A stretch of 64,000 nt of DNA from Thermoplasmatota archaeon (GCA_022848865.1 JAJISE010000001.1:49036-113035), one strand, 5' to 3'. Shown: positions 10,278 to 19,484, counted from the stretch's first letter. A program made the numbers and translations. Notes: generated by a model from the letters alone, not told the origin.

Positions 10278-11864
10278 TCAGTCTGAGACCCTGCCCTTCC
10301 GCTCGAACTGCTTCTCATAGAGATTCTTGAGCGTGGAGAACGTATCCACGTCCTCAGGAGACTTGTCCTCTCTGATGCGCTTTATCCTCGCGAAGCGGAG
10401 GGCGAATCCCGAGTTGTAGTGAGGGCTCTTCTGGATCTCGTTGTATGCTACCTCGACAACGGTCTCGGGGCGGACAAGGACCGTATGTCCCTCTTCAGAT
10501 GTCTTCAGCGAAAGGAGGCGGTCCGTCATCCACTGGAACTCCTCGTCCGTCAGCCCCTTGAACGTCTTCCCGATCATCTCGAACCCGCCCGTCTCCTCAT
10601 TCCTCACGGCGAGATGGTAGTTGCTCAGCCAGCCCTCCCTTCGTCCGTAGCCCCACTCGGCTGCAACTATGACGAGGTCGAGCATCTCCGCGGGCTTGAC
10701 CTTGAACCACCTCTTGCCCCTGTGACCAGGGCGATAGGGGCTGTCCAGGGCCTTTGCCATCAGGCCTTCATGTCCCGCCTCAAGCGCCCTTTCCAGGAAC
10801 TCGGCGGCTTCCCTGGGCTTAGATGAAACGATGCGTTCCGCAAGATAGTCTGGCGCGAGTTCGGACAGCTTACGCCACCTCGATTCATATGGCTCGTCAA
10901 TCAACATCTCCCCATCGACATACAGAACGTCGAAGAGGTAGAGCTTGAGCGGCATCTGCTTCCTCATTTCATCCACATCGTGCACCCGCCTGAACCTCCT
11001 CATCAGGTCCTGGAATGGCAGCGGCTTCCCTTCGCTGTCCACGGCGACGACCTCACCGTCCAAGAGGAACTCCTTCGCGGGGAGGTCGAGAGCGATCTCC
11101 CGCACCTCAGGGAGCGATGCCGTCACGTCCGTTAGTCGGCGGGTGAATATTCCGACCTCGTCCCCCTTGCGGTGTATCTGGATTCTTGCACCGTCGTACT
11201 TGAACTCCAGCGCGGTTCCCGCCGAATGCTCCTCGAAGACGCCCTCGAGGTTCTCCGCCAACTCACCGAGCATGGGCTTGACGGGTTTCAGGAGGCTCAG
11301 TCCGAACCTCTCGAGTCCCGAGGGGCCCGCGGTGAGCGCGACCTGAGCTACGCTACCGATGTCACCGCTCAACATATGAGCCCGCCTGACGAGGTTGACG
11401 TCCGCGCAGGATGCGTCGGCGATCGCCTCGAGCATGATGCCCTCACTCACGCCGTGCCTCATCTCTTGGAACAGCTCCCTCAGGATCATCTCCCGCTCGT
11501 CGTCACTTGCCCGACCGAGCAGGGCCTTCATCAGGTTCGTCCTTCGGCTAATGGAGTCCCTGCCAGAGACCTTGGCAATCTCATCGAACGACCTCTGGAC
11601 ATCCAGAATGCTGAGAGGCTTCTCGAAAAGTGTGGCCTGCTTCCCCGGACCGAGGGCCTTCCTGACGGTCCTCCATCCTACATGAAGGGCTTTTGACTCC
11701 GTCTCCGGAAAGATCCTGCCTATGACTAGCAGTACCGCAGGAGAGATCTCATCGGGGTTGACTCCCTGGAGGAACTGCCCCAAGACCCTCCTCTTCTCCA
11801 ACCTCTTGGTCGTGGACTCAAGAGCCTTGCACACCTGAACGAGCTCGGAGAAAGGGGTCTCCAT
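10278..11864 (-). CDS. lig: ATP-dependent DNA ligase.
   Basis: Adenylation motif I is EFKYDGARIQIH (KxDGxR). The 528-aa length and DNA-binding/adenylation/OB domain organisation fit the family. Confidence 0.9.
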   Translation of the reverse strand: METPFSELVQVCKALESTTKRLEKRRVLGQFLQGVNPDEISPAVLLVIGRIFPETESKALHVGWRTVRKALGPGKQATLFEKPLSILDVQRSFDEIAKVSGRDSISRRTNLMKALLGRASDDEREMILRELFQEMRHGVSEGIMLEAIADASCADVNLVRRAHMLSGDIGSVAQVALTAGPSGLERFGLSLLKPVKPMLGELAENLEGVFEEHSAGTALEFKYDGARIQIHRKGDEVGIFTRRLTDVTASLPEVREIALDLPAKEFLLDGEVVAVDSEGKPLPFQDLMRRFRRVHDVDEMRKQMPLKLYLFDVLYVDGEMLIDEPYESRWRKLSELAPDYLAERIVSSKPREAAEFLERALEAGHEGLMAKALDSPYRPGHRGKRWFKVKPAEMLDLVIVAAEWGYGRREGWLSNYHLAVRNEETGGFEMIGKTFKGLTDEEFQWMTDRLLSLKTSEEGHTVLVRPETVVEVAYNEIQKSPHYNSGFALRFARIKRIREDKSPEDVDTFSTLKNLYEKQFERKGRVSD

Positions 11865-11933
11865 CGGTCTTGATACGGCTTGTGGGTTTAAAAACAGTAA
11901 CCTCGAAACAGGAGGGGAATCGAGAGCGGGAAT

Positions 11934-12701
11934 CTACTTCTGGCAGAGGGGATGCTCCTCAAGAAACCTCGACATCGCTCGCGAGAAGGCCTTCTCGCTG
12001 TGGCCTAGATGAGCCGCGTGGCCCGCCCCCTCGAGAACGATGAGTTCTGATCCCTCCACCAGCTCGTGCATCTTCTCGAACTCCCAGATGCGGATGTGCT
12101 CGTCTCCGTCGCCTATCAGGAAAACGACAGGACAGCGGACCTCACCGAGCCTGTTGTCGTAGAAGTCGTCCGTCGAGCGATTGAACGCCAGCCACCGCTC
12201 AGCCCAGATCCGCAGAAGCGTCTTCCAGTACGGGTCGCCGTGCAGTCTCAAGAAAGACCTTGTCTCTCGCTCGGTCAGATCGTCCGGTCTCAGGAATCTC
12301 TCGAACAGGGCATTCGTCTCCTTGACCGGACAGTAATGCCCTGCCTCCGCCACGATGGCCGAAACGAGGTCGGGTCGCCTGAGAGCGAGGTTGAGGGCAA
12401 TGACCGTGCCATCGCTCCATCCCCAGAAGGTGGTCTTCTCGACCCCCAGCATGTCCATGAACTCGATAAGATCGTCCACCTGCTTCAGGAAGAACGGCTC
12501 GGGGAAACTCTCGACGTGTGTCGACCTTCCATAGCCGATCCTGTCCGGGAGAATGAACCTGTACCTGGCGGACATGAGCGGGATGTACTTCCTGAAGTCC
12601 CCCATGCCCGTCCCGAGACCTGCGTGCAGAGCGATCAGTGGATGGCCCTCCCCGTGCGCTGTGTAGTAGATGTCCCCGGAGCTGATTCGGATGAGAGGCA
12701 T
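11934..12701 (-). CDS. Alpha/beta hydrolase fold protein.
   Basis: Nucleophile elbow GWSDGTV with an HGxP-like N-terminal motif. It is a tandem paralog of the next gene. Confidence 0.7.
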   Translation of the reverse strand: MPLIRISSGDIYYTAHGEGHPLIALHAGLGTGMGDFRKYIPLMSARYRFILPDRIGYGRSTHVESFPEPFFLKQVDDLIEFMDMLGVEKTTFWGWSDGTVIALNLALRRPDLVSAIVAEAGHYCPVKETNALFERFLRPDDLTERETRSFLRLHGDPYWKTLLRIWAERWLAFNRSTDDFYDNRLGEVRCPVVFLIGDGDEHIRIWEFEKMHELVEGSELIVLEGAGHAAHLGHSEKAFSRAMSRFLEEHPLCQK

Positions 12702-13549
12702 CAGGTCCCCTCGAGGAAATCGACAACGCTCCGGACGAAATCGTCATTCTCCTCGATGAGGGGCCAGTGCCCGCTGTCCTCGAACACCATCAGCTTCGAT
12801 TCCGGGATCGCGTCGTCCATTACCTGGGAGAACTTAGGCGGGCAAATGGAATCGTGCCTACCCGCCAGAATCAGAACGGGACAAGATATCTTCGGGAGAT
12901 CGTCGAGGACGTCGTACTTCCGCAGGTCAACTTGCTGATGATATCTAAGGTGGTCGGGGGACATCTTGGAGGCCGAGAGGAGCTCCTCGAACTCCCCTCT
13001 GAAGGGTTCGTAGTCCTTGAAGTAAACGGAGAACATGAGGATGAGGTTCCGTCTCATCAGCTCTTCCTTCGTCATCTTCTCGTTCCCGGGGCTCGCCATC
13101 TCCTTGTGGATGCTGGCAATCCTCTTGTCCGTCCTGAGGAGGTCGTCGAACTCCGCCTCGTACCGAGTGTCCGCCGCGGTTGCGATCAGAACGAGGGCAC
13201 TGACGTTCTCCGGCCTTCTGATGGCATACTTGAGTGCGGAGAACCCGCCCGCCGAATGGCCCATGACCGCAATCTTCTCGAATCCCAGGTGCTTCCTCAG
13301 CCGTTCCATGTCCGACACGGTGGAATCCATGGAGAAGTCGGATGGTGACGTGATCTTGGATGACTCGCCGATCCCCCTTGGGTTGAGGTACACCATCGTG
13401 AGCTTCTTCTCCAGGCCCGTGAGGTAGTGGGCCCACAGCGTGTAGTCGATTCCCCAGCCGATAGGAGCGAGAAGGCACGGAGGTCCGCTGCCTCTGACCT
13501 CGTACTCGATTGCCCGATCATGAATCCTCGCCACGCTGGAACCCATCAA
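12701..13549 (-). CDS. Alpha/beta hydrolase fold protein (proline iminopeptidase-like).
   Basis: GHSAGG nucleophile elbow. It overlaps the upstream paralog by 1 nt. Confidence 0.7.
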   Translation of the reverse strand: MMGSSVARIHDRAIEYEVRGSGPPCLLAPIGWGIDYTLWAHYLTGLEKKLTMVYLNPRGIGESSKITSPSDFSMDSTVSDMERLRKHLGFEKIAVMGHSAGGFSALKYAIRRPENVSALVLIATAADTRYEAEFDDLLRTDKRIASIHKEMASPGNEKMTKEELMRRNLILMFSVYFKDYEPFRGEFEELLSASKMSPDHLRYHQQVDLRKYDVLDDLPKISCPVLILAGRHDSICPPKFSQVMDDAIPESKLMVFEDSGHWPLIEENDDFVRSVVDFLEGT

Positions 13550-13595
13550 GTCACCTTTCTAGCGGGAGGAGAGATGAACCTCCCCTGAATGAATC

Positions 13596-13605
13596 TTTTT
13601 ATATT
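13596..13605 (+). promoter_or_regulatory. TATA box (tttttatatt) about 30 nt upstream of the ATG at 13631. This is the leaderless promoter of the dCMP deaminase gene, sitting in a 40-bp divergent intergenic region.
   Basis: It is the only AT-rich element in the region. The spacing matches archaeal TATA-to-TSS geometry and puts the transcription start at or near the ATG. Confidence 0.4.
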
Positions 13606-13630
13606 CGGCATTTCTTATCTTTGTGTGCCA

Positions 13631-14077
13631 ATGTCCAGGATATCCAGGAACCACTACTACATGAACATCGCTGTGGACGTCTCCAAGAGAAGCACATGCA
13701 CGCGCCACAAGATCGGCGCGATAGTTGTGACCGGGGACGAGATAGAGAGCAGCGGGTACAACGGGAACCCGAGGGGGCTCCCACACTGTGATGAGGTCGG
13801 CTGCATAAGGGACCAGGAGAACATACCCTCTGGACAGAGGATGGAGGTCTGCACTGGCGTCCACGCGGAGATGAACGCCCTCCTTCAGGCGGGAAAGGGC
13901 GCGAAGGGCGGGACGCTGTATTCCACGATTGTCCCGTGCAATACTTGCGCCAAGATGATCATCAACGCGGGAATCAAGCGGGTCGTCTACCTGGAGGACT
14001 ACCCTGAGAGCATGGGGAGGGATTTGCTCACGCAGGCGGGAGTGGAGGTTGACAGGGTCGAGCTTCCAGATGACTAG
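13631..14077 (+). CDS. dCMP deaminase (cytidine/deoxycytidylate deaminase zinc-binding family).
   Basis: HAEMNAL (H-x-E) and PCNTCAKMII (PCxxC) zinc ligands are present. I moved the start to the internal ATG at 13631 on the basis of the family N-terminus and the TATA position. The track ORF starts at 13589. Confidence 0.85.
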   Translation: MSRISRNHYYMNIAVDVSKRSTCTRHKIGAIVVTGDEIESSGYNGNPRGLPHCDEVGCIRDQENIPSGQRMEVCTGVHAEMNALLQAGKGAKGGTLYSTIVPCNTCAKMIINAGIKRVVYLEDYPESMGRDLLTQAGVEVDRVELPDD

Positions 14078-14097
14078 CTCTGGTGGGCCTTTTTTCT
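14078..14097 (+). terminator. GC clamp (GGTGGGCC) followed by a T6 run directly after the dCMP deaminase stop codon.
   Basis: tggtgggccttttttctc lies immediately 3' of the TAG at 14075-14077. Confidence 0.45.
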
Positions 14098-14109
14098 CAT
14101 AATCAGTTA

Positions 14110-14241
14110 TGCTTAGGGAGAACGTGAGGGCCGCGATATCCAAGAGCTCCTCTTCTCGACTATGAAGTCCAGCCTGTCCACTGCAACGAGGTCACCATAT
14201 CTCCGGACAAGGCCTCTTGCTTCGACGACGTAGTCCGCCAT
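14110..14241 (-). pseudogene. Remnant of an ABC transporter ATPase gene. Only the N-terminal 43 codons are present.
   Basis: It translates to MADYVVEARGLVRRYGDLVAVDRLDFIVEK..., which is the canonical ABC ATPase N-terminus immediately before Walker A. It then diverges and stops (RSSWISRPSRSP*). No Walker A continuation exists in any frame. Confidence 0.5.
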
Positions 14242-14262
14242 CCCGCCATAAATAGGTGATTT

Positions 14263-15414
14263 CTAATTAAAGTCTAATCCATGATAGGGGAACACAGATT
14301 TCTTCACATCCCCAACGAGCGCCCGCACGTCCGCAGCGACCTCTGTCTCCTCCAGCTCATCGTGGAGTTTGTCTGAAGGAATCTCTCCGGCCAGCTTCTT
14401 GCACTGTGACTTCCAGCCTTCGGGGACCTCGTCAGGGAGCTCTATCTCGGCCATCTTACTGAAGACTATCGTCCATATCCTGGGCACTACGGCCGGGTCG
14501 TAGCCTCCACCTCCCACTCCGACCCACTTGCCATCGCAGATCTCGTGGGCGAGGTCATGGATGGTTCCCGCAATCCATTCGTACGTCCTCGTGCCAATCA
14601 TGAGATGCGTCAAGGGATCCGACTGATGGGCGTCAGTTCCCAACTGGGTGAGTATCAGATCGGGTTTGAAGGATTCCAGGAGAGGCGGGACAATCTCATT
14701 GAAGGCGAAGATGTAGGACGAGTCCCTCGTGTAGGTTGGGAGCGGGACGTTCACGGAGAACCCCTTGCCGTCGCCAGTCCCGACCTCGTTCTCGAAGCCA
14801 GTACCAGGGAAAAGGTACCTACCGCTCTCGTGGAGGGATATCGTCAGAACTTCAGGGCTATCGTAGAAGAGCGCCTGAACGCCATCACCGTGATGGGCGT
14901 CTATGTCCACGTAGGCGGCCCTCTTCACCTTGCCCTCGACGAGAAGCTTCTTAATCGCGATCGCAGGGTCGTTGAAAACGCAGAACCCGGATGCTCTCGA
15001 CCGCGAGGCGTGGTGAAGCCCACCCGCCGGCGTGAAGGCGTGATTGACCTGTCCGTTCGTGACTATGTCCGTGGCGTGTATCGCCGCACCGGTGTGCACC
15101 GCACTGGCGTAGTACATGTCCTCGAAGATCGGGTTGTCCCCGGAGCCCAGACCGAACAGAAAAGCGCCTTGCTTGGACTTCCCATCGCTGACGTTCCTGA
15201 CCATCTCAACATAGTCCTTGCTGTGGATCAGTTGGATCTGCTCTGAAGTCGCGACCTCGGGTTCCGAGACCATGACCTCTTCTCTGTCGAGTATCCCCAG
15301 CTCCTTCATCAGTTCGTAGGTGAGCTTGATCCTGATTTGGTTCATCGGATGAAAGGGTCCAAAATCGTATTTCATGAACTCCTCGGAGTACACGAATCCC
15401 GTCTTTGCAGTCAC
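14263..15414 (-). CDS. Histone deacetylase-family protein (AcuC/acetoin-utilisation/acetylpolyamine amidohydrolase-like).
   Basis: HDAC motifs DIDAHHGDGVQ, FCVFNDPAIA and GGGGY are present. The start is GTG at 15414, which gives MTAKTGFVYSEEF..., preceded by GGGGGG AAATCAA. An alternative ATG lies at 15375. The track ORF 14263..17499 runs on spuriously, antisense to the acd gene. Confidence 0.8.
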   Translation of the reverse strand: MTAKTGFVYSEEFMKYDFGPFHPMNQIRIKLTYELMKELGILDREEVMVSEPEVATSEQIQLIHSKDYVEMVRNVSDGKSKQGAFLFGLGSGDNPIFEDMYYASAVHTGAAIHATDIVTNGQVNHAFTPAGGLHHASRSRASGFCVFNDPAIAIKKLLVEGKVKRAAYVDIDAHHGDGVQALFYDSPEVLTISLHESGRYLFPGTGFENEVGTGDGKGFSVNVPLPTYTRDSSYIFAFNEIVPPLLESFKPDLILTQLGTDAHQSDPLTHLMIGTRTYEWIAGTIHDLAHEICDGKWVGVGGGGYDPAVVPRIWTIVFSKMAEIELPDEVPEGWKSQCKKLAGEIPSDKLHDELEETEVAADVRALVGDVKKSVFPYHGLDFN

Positions 15415-15522
15415 TTGATTTCCCCCCTGGAGGGTTTGGAAAGCGATTGGGTGGACGATATTTAACCATTGGCAACGCCACCGTTTTATACCGTTCCTCA
15501 CTTCTCTAGACGGAGGGGAAGA

Positions 15523-17643
15523 ATGAGACACAGACTCGATCCTGTCTTCAATCCGAGGTCCATAGCCGTCATTGGCGCGTCCAGAAACCCGAAGAAGTTG
15601 GGCGCCCAGATAACGCACAAACTGATAACATACGGATTCCGGGGCACGCTCTATCCGGTGAACAGAAAGGCCAAGGATGTCCACTCGATAAGGGCGTATC
15701 CATCGGTCCTTGAGATCCCTGACGAGGTGGACCTGGCGATTGTTGTTGTACCGTCCGAACACGTCATGAGCACGATGGAGGAGTGTGCTGAGAAGGGGAT
15801 TCGCGGGGCCGTCGTGATAACGGCGGGATTCAAGGAAGTCGGCGGGGAGGGAACCAATCGCGAGGAGGAGCTCCTGCGGTTCGTCAGAAAGCACGACATC
15901 GCGACAATAGGACCGAATTGCATGGGCATCATAAACACGAGCCCGGGGGTAATGATGGACTCGACATTCGCTCCCACCTACCCACTCAATGGAAGGACTG
16001 CCTTCATGTCCCAGAGCGGTGCTCTTGGCGTTGCGGTCCTCGGTCATGCTAGGAACATAAACATCGGTTTCTCCAAGTTTGTGAGCTTGGGCAACAAGAT
16101 GGACATCTCTGGCAACGACCTGCTTGAGTACTGGGGGAAGGACCCTGAGACGGATGTCATACTGATGTACATTGAGAGCTTCGGCAATCCGCGCAACTTC
16201 GTGAGGATAGCCAGGGAAGTGACCCCGCGGAAGCCCGTCATTGCGCTGAAATCGGGGCGGACGGAGGCGGGGAAGAGGGCTGCTGCGAGTCACACTGGCT
16301 CCTTGGCGGGATTGGACGAAGCGACAGACGCACTCTTCGAACAATGTGGCGTCCTGCGGGTTGGATCGATAGAGGAGCTCTTCGACCTCGCGACTGCATT
16401 CTCCATGCAGCCGACACCAAAAGGCCGGCAAGTTGGCATAGTGACCAACGCTGGCGGTCCCGCAATCATGGCAACGGACGCCCTGGTGAGCGTCGGTCTT
16501 GACGTCCCTCCACTCGGGCGGAGGACCCAAGAGAAACTGAGAGCCGCTCTGATGGATGAAGCGATTACGACAAACCCTGTCGATATGACCGCCCACGGCG
16601 ACCCGAAAGGATACGAAGCGGCCCTCAGGGCCGTGCTGAACGATTCGAGAGTGGATTCCGTCCTTGTGATATTCGTCCCGCCTGCAATGGTGGACGAGCT
16701 GGCGGTTGCAAACAGCATCCTGAAAGTGGCCAAGAGGCACAAGAAGAAGACCATACTGTCCTGCTTTCTCGGTAGCACGGAAGAGTCGCCGGGGTTCGTT
16801 GCGCTCACGACGAACGGCATTCCCGCCTACCTCTTCCCAGAGTCCGCCGCAAAGGCGCTGACCTCGATGTATGCCTACGGCCAATACCTCCAGAGGGACA
16901 GGGGGACCGTGAAGGAGTTCAAGGTCGACCGCAAGAGGGTGGCCAGGATATTCGATGCGTGCAGACAGAATGACCGATGCAGGCTCAACGAGGTCGAGGT
17001 CCTGCAGGTTCTCGAGGCCTACGGCTTCTCCCTGGCCAAGTATGGTGTGGCAAAGGACCTCGAAGAGACGAAGAAGCTCGCAGCGGAGATCGAGTATCCC
17101 GTTGCCCTGAAGGCAATGTCCCCTCAGATAGTCCACAAGTCGGACTTCGGCGGAATAGCCTTGGACATCGAGGACGAGAGGGACCTGGCTCGGAGGCTGA
17201 AGAAGATCACGAGAAGGATCAAGCGGTCTGGATTCTCGATCTCGGGCTATCTCGTACAGGAGTTCGTCACAGACGGGAAGGAGGTCATCCTCGGGATGAA
17301 GAACGACCCTAAGTTCGGGCCTCTGATCATGTTCGGTCTGGGGGGGATCTACGTCGAGATACTGAAGGACGTGGCGTTCAGGCTGACCCCTCTCACGGAC
17401 TCGGAGGCTGACAGGATGATCAAGTCGATAAGGGGATATCCGCTCCTCACGGGCGTCAGGGGGGAGAAGGCCTCCGATGTCAACATCATCGTGGACCATC
17501 TCCAGCGGATCTCACAGCTGGTGAACGACTTCTACCGGATCGAGGAGCTCGACATCAATCCGATGATGGTCTTCGGCAAGAAGAAGGGCGCGAAGATAGT
17601 CGATGCGAGGATGACGATCGGGGAGAAGGTCAGACCTAAATGA
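15523..17643 (+). CDS. acd: Acetyl-CoA synthetase (ADP-forming), fused alpha/beta (NDP-forming acyl-CoA synthetase).
   Basis: CoA-binding N-terminus (LDPVFNPRSIAVIGASRNPKKLG), succinyl-CoA-synthetase-like domains and a C-terminal ATP-grasp are present. The start is ATG at 15523, preceded by GGAGGGGAAGA. The track ORF begins 18 codons earlier. Confidence 0.9.
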   Translation: MRHRLDPVFNPRSIAVIGASRNPKKLGAQITHKLITYGFRGTLYPVNRKAKDVHSIRAYPSVLEIPDEVDLAIVVVPSEHVMSTMEECAEKGIRGAVVITAGFKEVGGEGTNREEELLRFVRKHDIATIGPNCMGIINTSPGVMMDSTFAPTYPLNGRTAFMSQSGALGVAVLGHARNINIGFSKFVSLGNKMDISGNDLLEYWGKDPETDVILMYIESFGNPRNFVRIAREVTPRKPVIALKSGRTEAGKRAAASHTGSLAGLDEATDALFEQCGVLRVGSIEELFDLATAFSMQPTPKGRQVGIVTNAGGPAIMATDALVSVGLDVPPLGRRTQEKLRAALMDEAITTNPVDMTAHGDPKGYEAALRAVLNDSRVDSVLVIFVPPAMVDELAVANSILKVAKRHKKKTILSCFLGSTEESPGFVALTTNGIPAYLFPESAAKALTSMYAYGQYLQRDRGTVKEFKVDRKRVARIFDACRQNDRCRLNEVEVLQVLEAYGFSLAKYGVAKDLEETKKLAAEIEYPVALKAMSPQIVHKSDFGGIALDIEDERDLARRLKKITRRIKRSGFSISGYLVQEFVTDGKEVILGMKNDPKFGPLIMFGLGGIYVEILKDVAFRLTPLTDSEADRMIKSIRGYPLLTGVRGEKASDVNIIVDHLQRISQLVNDFYRIEELDINPMMVFGKKKGAKIVDARMTIGEKVRPK

Positions 17644-19405
17644 TGTGGCTTGTGAAGTAGTAGTATATCAGATAGACGCCCACGGCTATGAGCACGACCG
17701 CGCTCACCTTCTTTATGAGGTCCGTGTACTGGCTGAGCTTCCTCACGCTTTCCTGACCAAAGGCGGAGAGCATGAACGTGATGGCGACCATCAGGAGCAC
17801 GATCACGAGGGAGAACACGAGGAGGATGAACAGGCTCTCGGTCGGACCCCCTGTTATGGATGACTGCGCGAGCACGGCTATGAAGAGAGGGGCGGTGCAG
17901 GCTGACGCCGCGGCCCCGTACCCGACGCCGTAGCCGAAGAGCTTCGGGTAGTAACCTCCGGTCTCCTTGCTCTTTCCCTTCGTTATCGCCTCTTTGAGTC
18001 GAGTGAACGGCCTCAGCAGAGCGTGGTACTGGAGGTTCGTGAACATCAGCAATCCTAGGGCAATCAGGACTGCCCCGACGATGGGTCCCAGAATAGGCGT
18101 GTACTCCTCCACGTTGGCAGCCGTTCCCGCCGCTATCCAGACGAACCCTATGACAAGGAAGACGAGGATGATTCCTATGCCGGCGACGAGCCCGCTGCCG
18201 AGCACTTTGAGTGTGCTCTTCTTCTCCTGCTCCGCTTCTGCGGACAGGTAATACGCCACGAACCCCGGGAGCATCGGGAAAGAGCATGGCGAGAAGAAGG
18301 TGGCGAATCCCGCGAAGACTGCGAGGAGGATACCGCCCACCGCCTGGATTCCTATGGCTTGCGATCTCCCCGCCAGAGCACTGTCGATCATGCCACGAAT
18401 GCTGCTCGCGGAGGCGTAGGCATCCGTGACCACGTTGACCGCGTACCCCTCCCTGTCGATTACCACCAGCTTCGGAATGGAACTCACGGCGTAGTCGTTC
18501 ACGAGACCGCCAGGATCCATGGCCATCCGCCAAGGATATCCCTTGTCCTCTTTGAATGCCCTAAGAGAATCGAGATCATCGAGCACATCTATCGATATCA
18601 CCTCGAGCTCTGATTCGTCGAAATGGGGGTAGACGTCATCGATAATCGTCCCGGCGATGATTTCACAGCCCCCGCAGCTGATGGACATAAAATCGAGGAT
18701 CACGACCTCCCCGCGGAAGTCGGAGAGGTTGAAGGTGTAACCGTCCGTATCGACGGCCTGGAAATCCTTGGCAAGCTCCACCTCAGTGGGCCGAGTGAGG
18801 ATGGTCACGGCTCCGTAGACTACGGCCAGGATGATGAGGATGACTACCCCCATGGCGGCCACCTTGCTCGTCTCCAGGCCATTCATCTTCCTCCATGCCA
18901 AGATGCCTAGCAGGGCCACTGTGATGCCTATGAGAAGGGCTTCGACAAGCACGAGTTCGAGAGTGATCAGCGGTGGTGCGGGTTTCGCTGGAGGGGAGGG
19001 GCCCACGTAAGTGATGTTGACGTACTTGGTCGCCTCTGGGTAATAGTCCCTGTGCCCCGTCGTGTTCTCAACTGTGACGTTGTATCCGATCACGGTACCA
19101 TTGATGATGTTCTCTTCTCCACCGATACCCCTCCAATAGGTGTCGTTCCCTCCGTAGTACATATCGTTCGGATAACATGATCCCGAATCGAAATTGCACC
19201 AGAAGATCTGCACGAAGGAGATGTTCGAAGGATCAGCCACTCTCACTGTCACATTGACCATCACACCAGGAAGCGGAACCTCTGGCGAGTGCGATACGTC
19301 GAGTATGAGTTCCGCCTTTGCAGGAAGAGAGGAGAATATCAGGGCCCCGATCAGGAGCAACGATATCCCTGCAAGATGACGACTACATCTGTGTATCAAT
19401 ACCAC
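17636..19405 (-). CDS. Membrane thiol-disulfide oxidoreductase. A glycosylated extracytoplasmic N-terminal domain is fused to a TlpA/ResA-like thioredoxin domain (CGGC) and a CcdA/DsbD-type transmembrane electron-transfer domain.
   Basis: Signal/anchor at the N-terminus. Thioredoxin active site FMSISCGGCEI. CcdA conserved cysteines in TM segments (FFSPCSFP, AAASACTAP). At least 8 TM helices. Confidence 0.7.
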   Translation of the reverse strand: MVLIHRCSRHLAGISLLLIGALIFSSLPAKAELILDVSHSPEVPLPGVMVNVTVRVADPSNISFVQIFWCNFDSGSCYPNDMYYGGNDTYWRGIGGEENIINGTVIGYNVTVENTTGHRDYYPEATKYVNITYVGPSPPAKPAPPLITLELVLVEALLIGITVALLGILAWRKMNGLETSKVAAMGVVILIILAVVYGAVTILTRPTEVELAKDFQAVDTDGYTFNLSDFRGEVVILDFMSISCGGCEIIAGTIIDDVYPHFDESELEVISIDVLDDLDSLRAFKEDKGYPWRMAMDPGGLVNDYAVSSIPKLVVIDREGYAVNVVTDAYASASSIRGMIDSALAGRSQAIGIQAVGGILLAVFAGFATFFSPCSFPMLPGFVAYYLSAEAEQEKKSTLKVLGSGLVAGIGIILVFLVIGFVWIAAGTAANVEEYTPILGPIVGAVLIALGLLMFTNLQYHALLRPFTRLKEAITKGKSKETGGYYPKLFGYGVGYGAAASACTAPLFIAVLAQSSITGGPTESLFILLVFSLVIVLLMVAITFMLSAFGQESVRKLSQYTDLIKKVSAVVLIAVGVYLIYYYFTSHII

Positions 19406-19484
19406 CGTCCTGCTGGCTTACATTGATAGACGTTCACCATTTATACATTTTTGGCTTCGGGAGGCTGGCGGAAGCAAATCCCTT

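Noticed and set aside
12066-13478. Several 170-290-aa ORFs on both strands (12066..12938, 12199..12747, 12767..13348, 12945..13478).
   Set aside because: All overlap the two alpha/beta hydrolase genes, which have proper GxSxG elbows, in alternative frames. They are Arg/Pro/Gly-rich, as expected from GC-rich antisense or off-frame translation.
15415-17499. The distal 2085 nt of the 1078-aa minus-strand ORF 14263..17499.
   Set aside because: Only the C-terminal roughly 384 aa are HDAC-like. The remainder runs exactly antisense to the well-supported acd gene and has Arg/Pro/Gly/His-rich junk composition. It is a GC-driven open frame.
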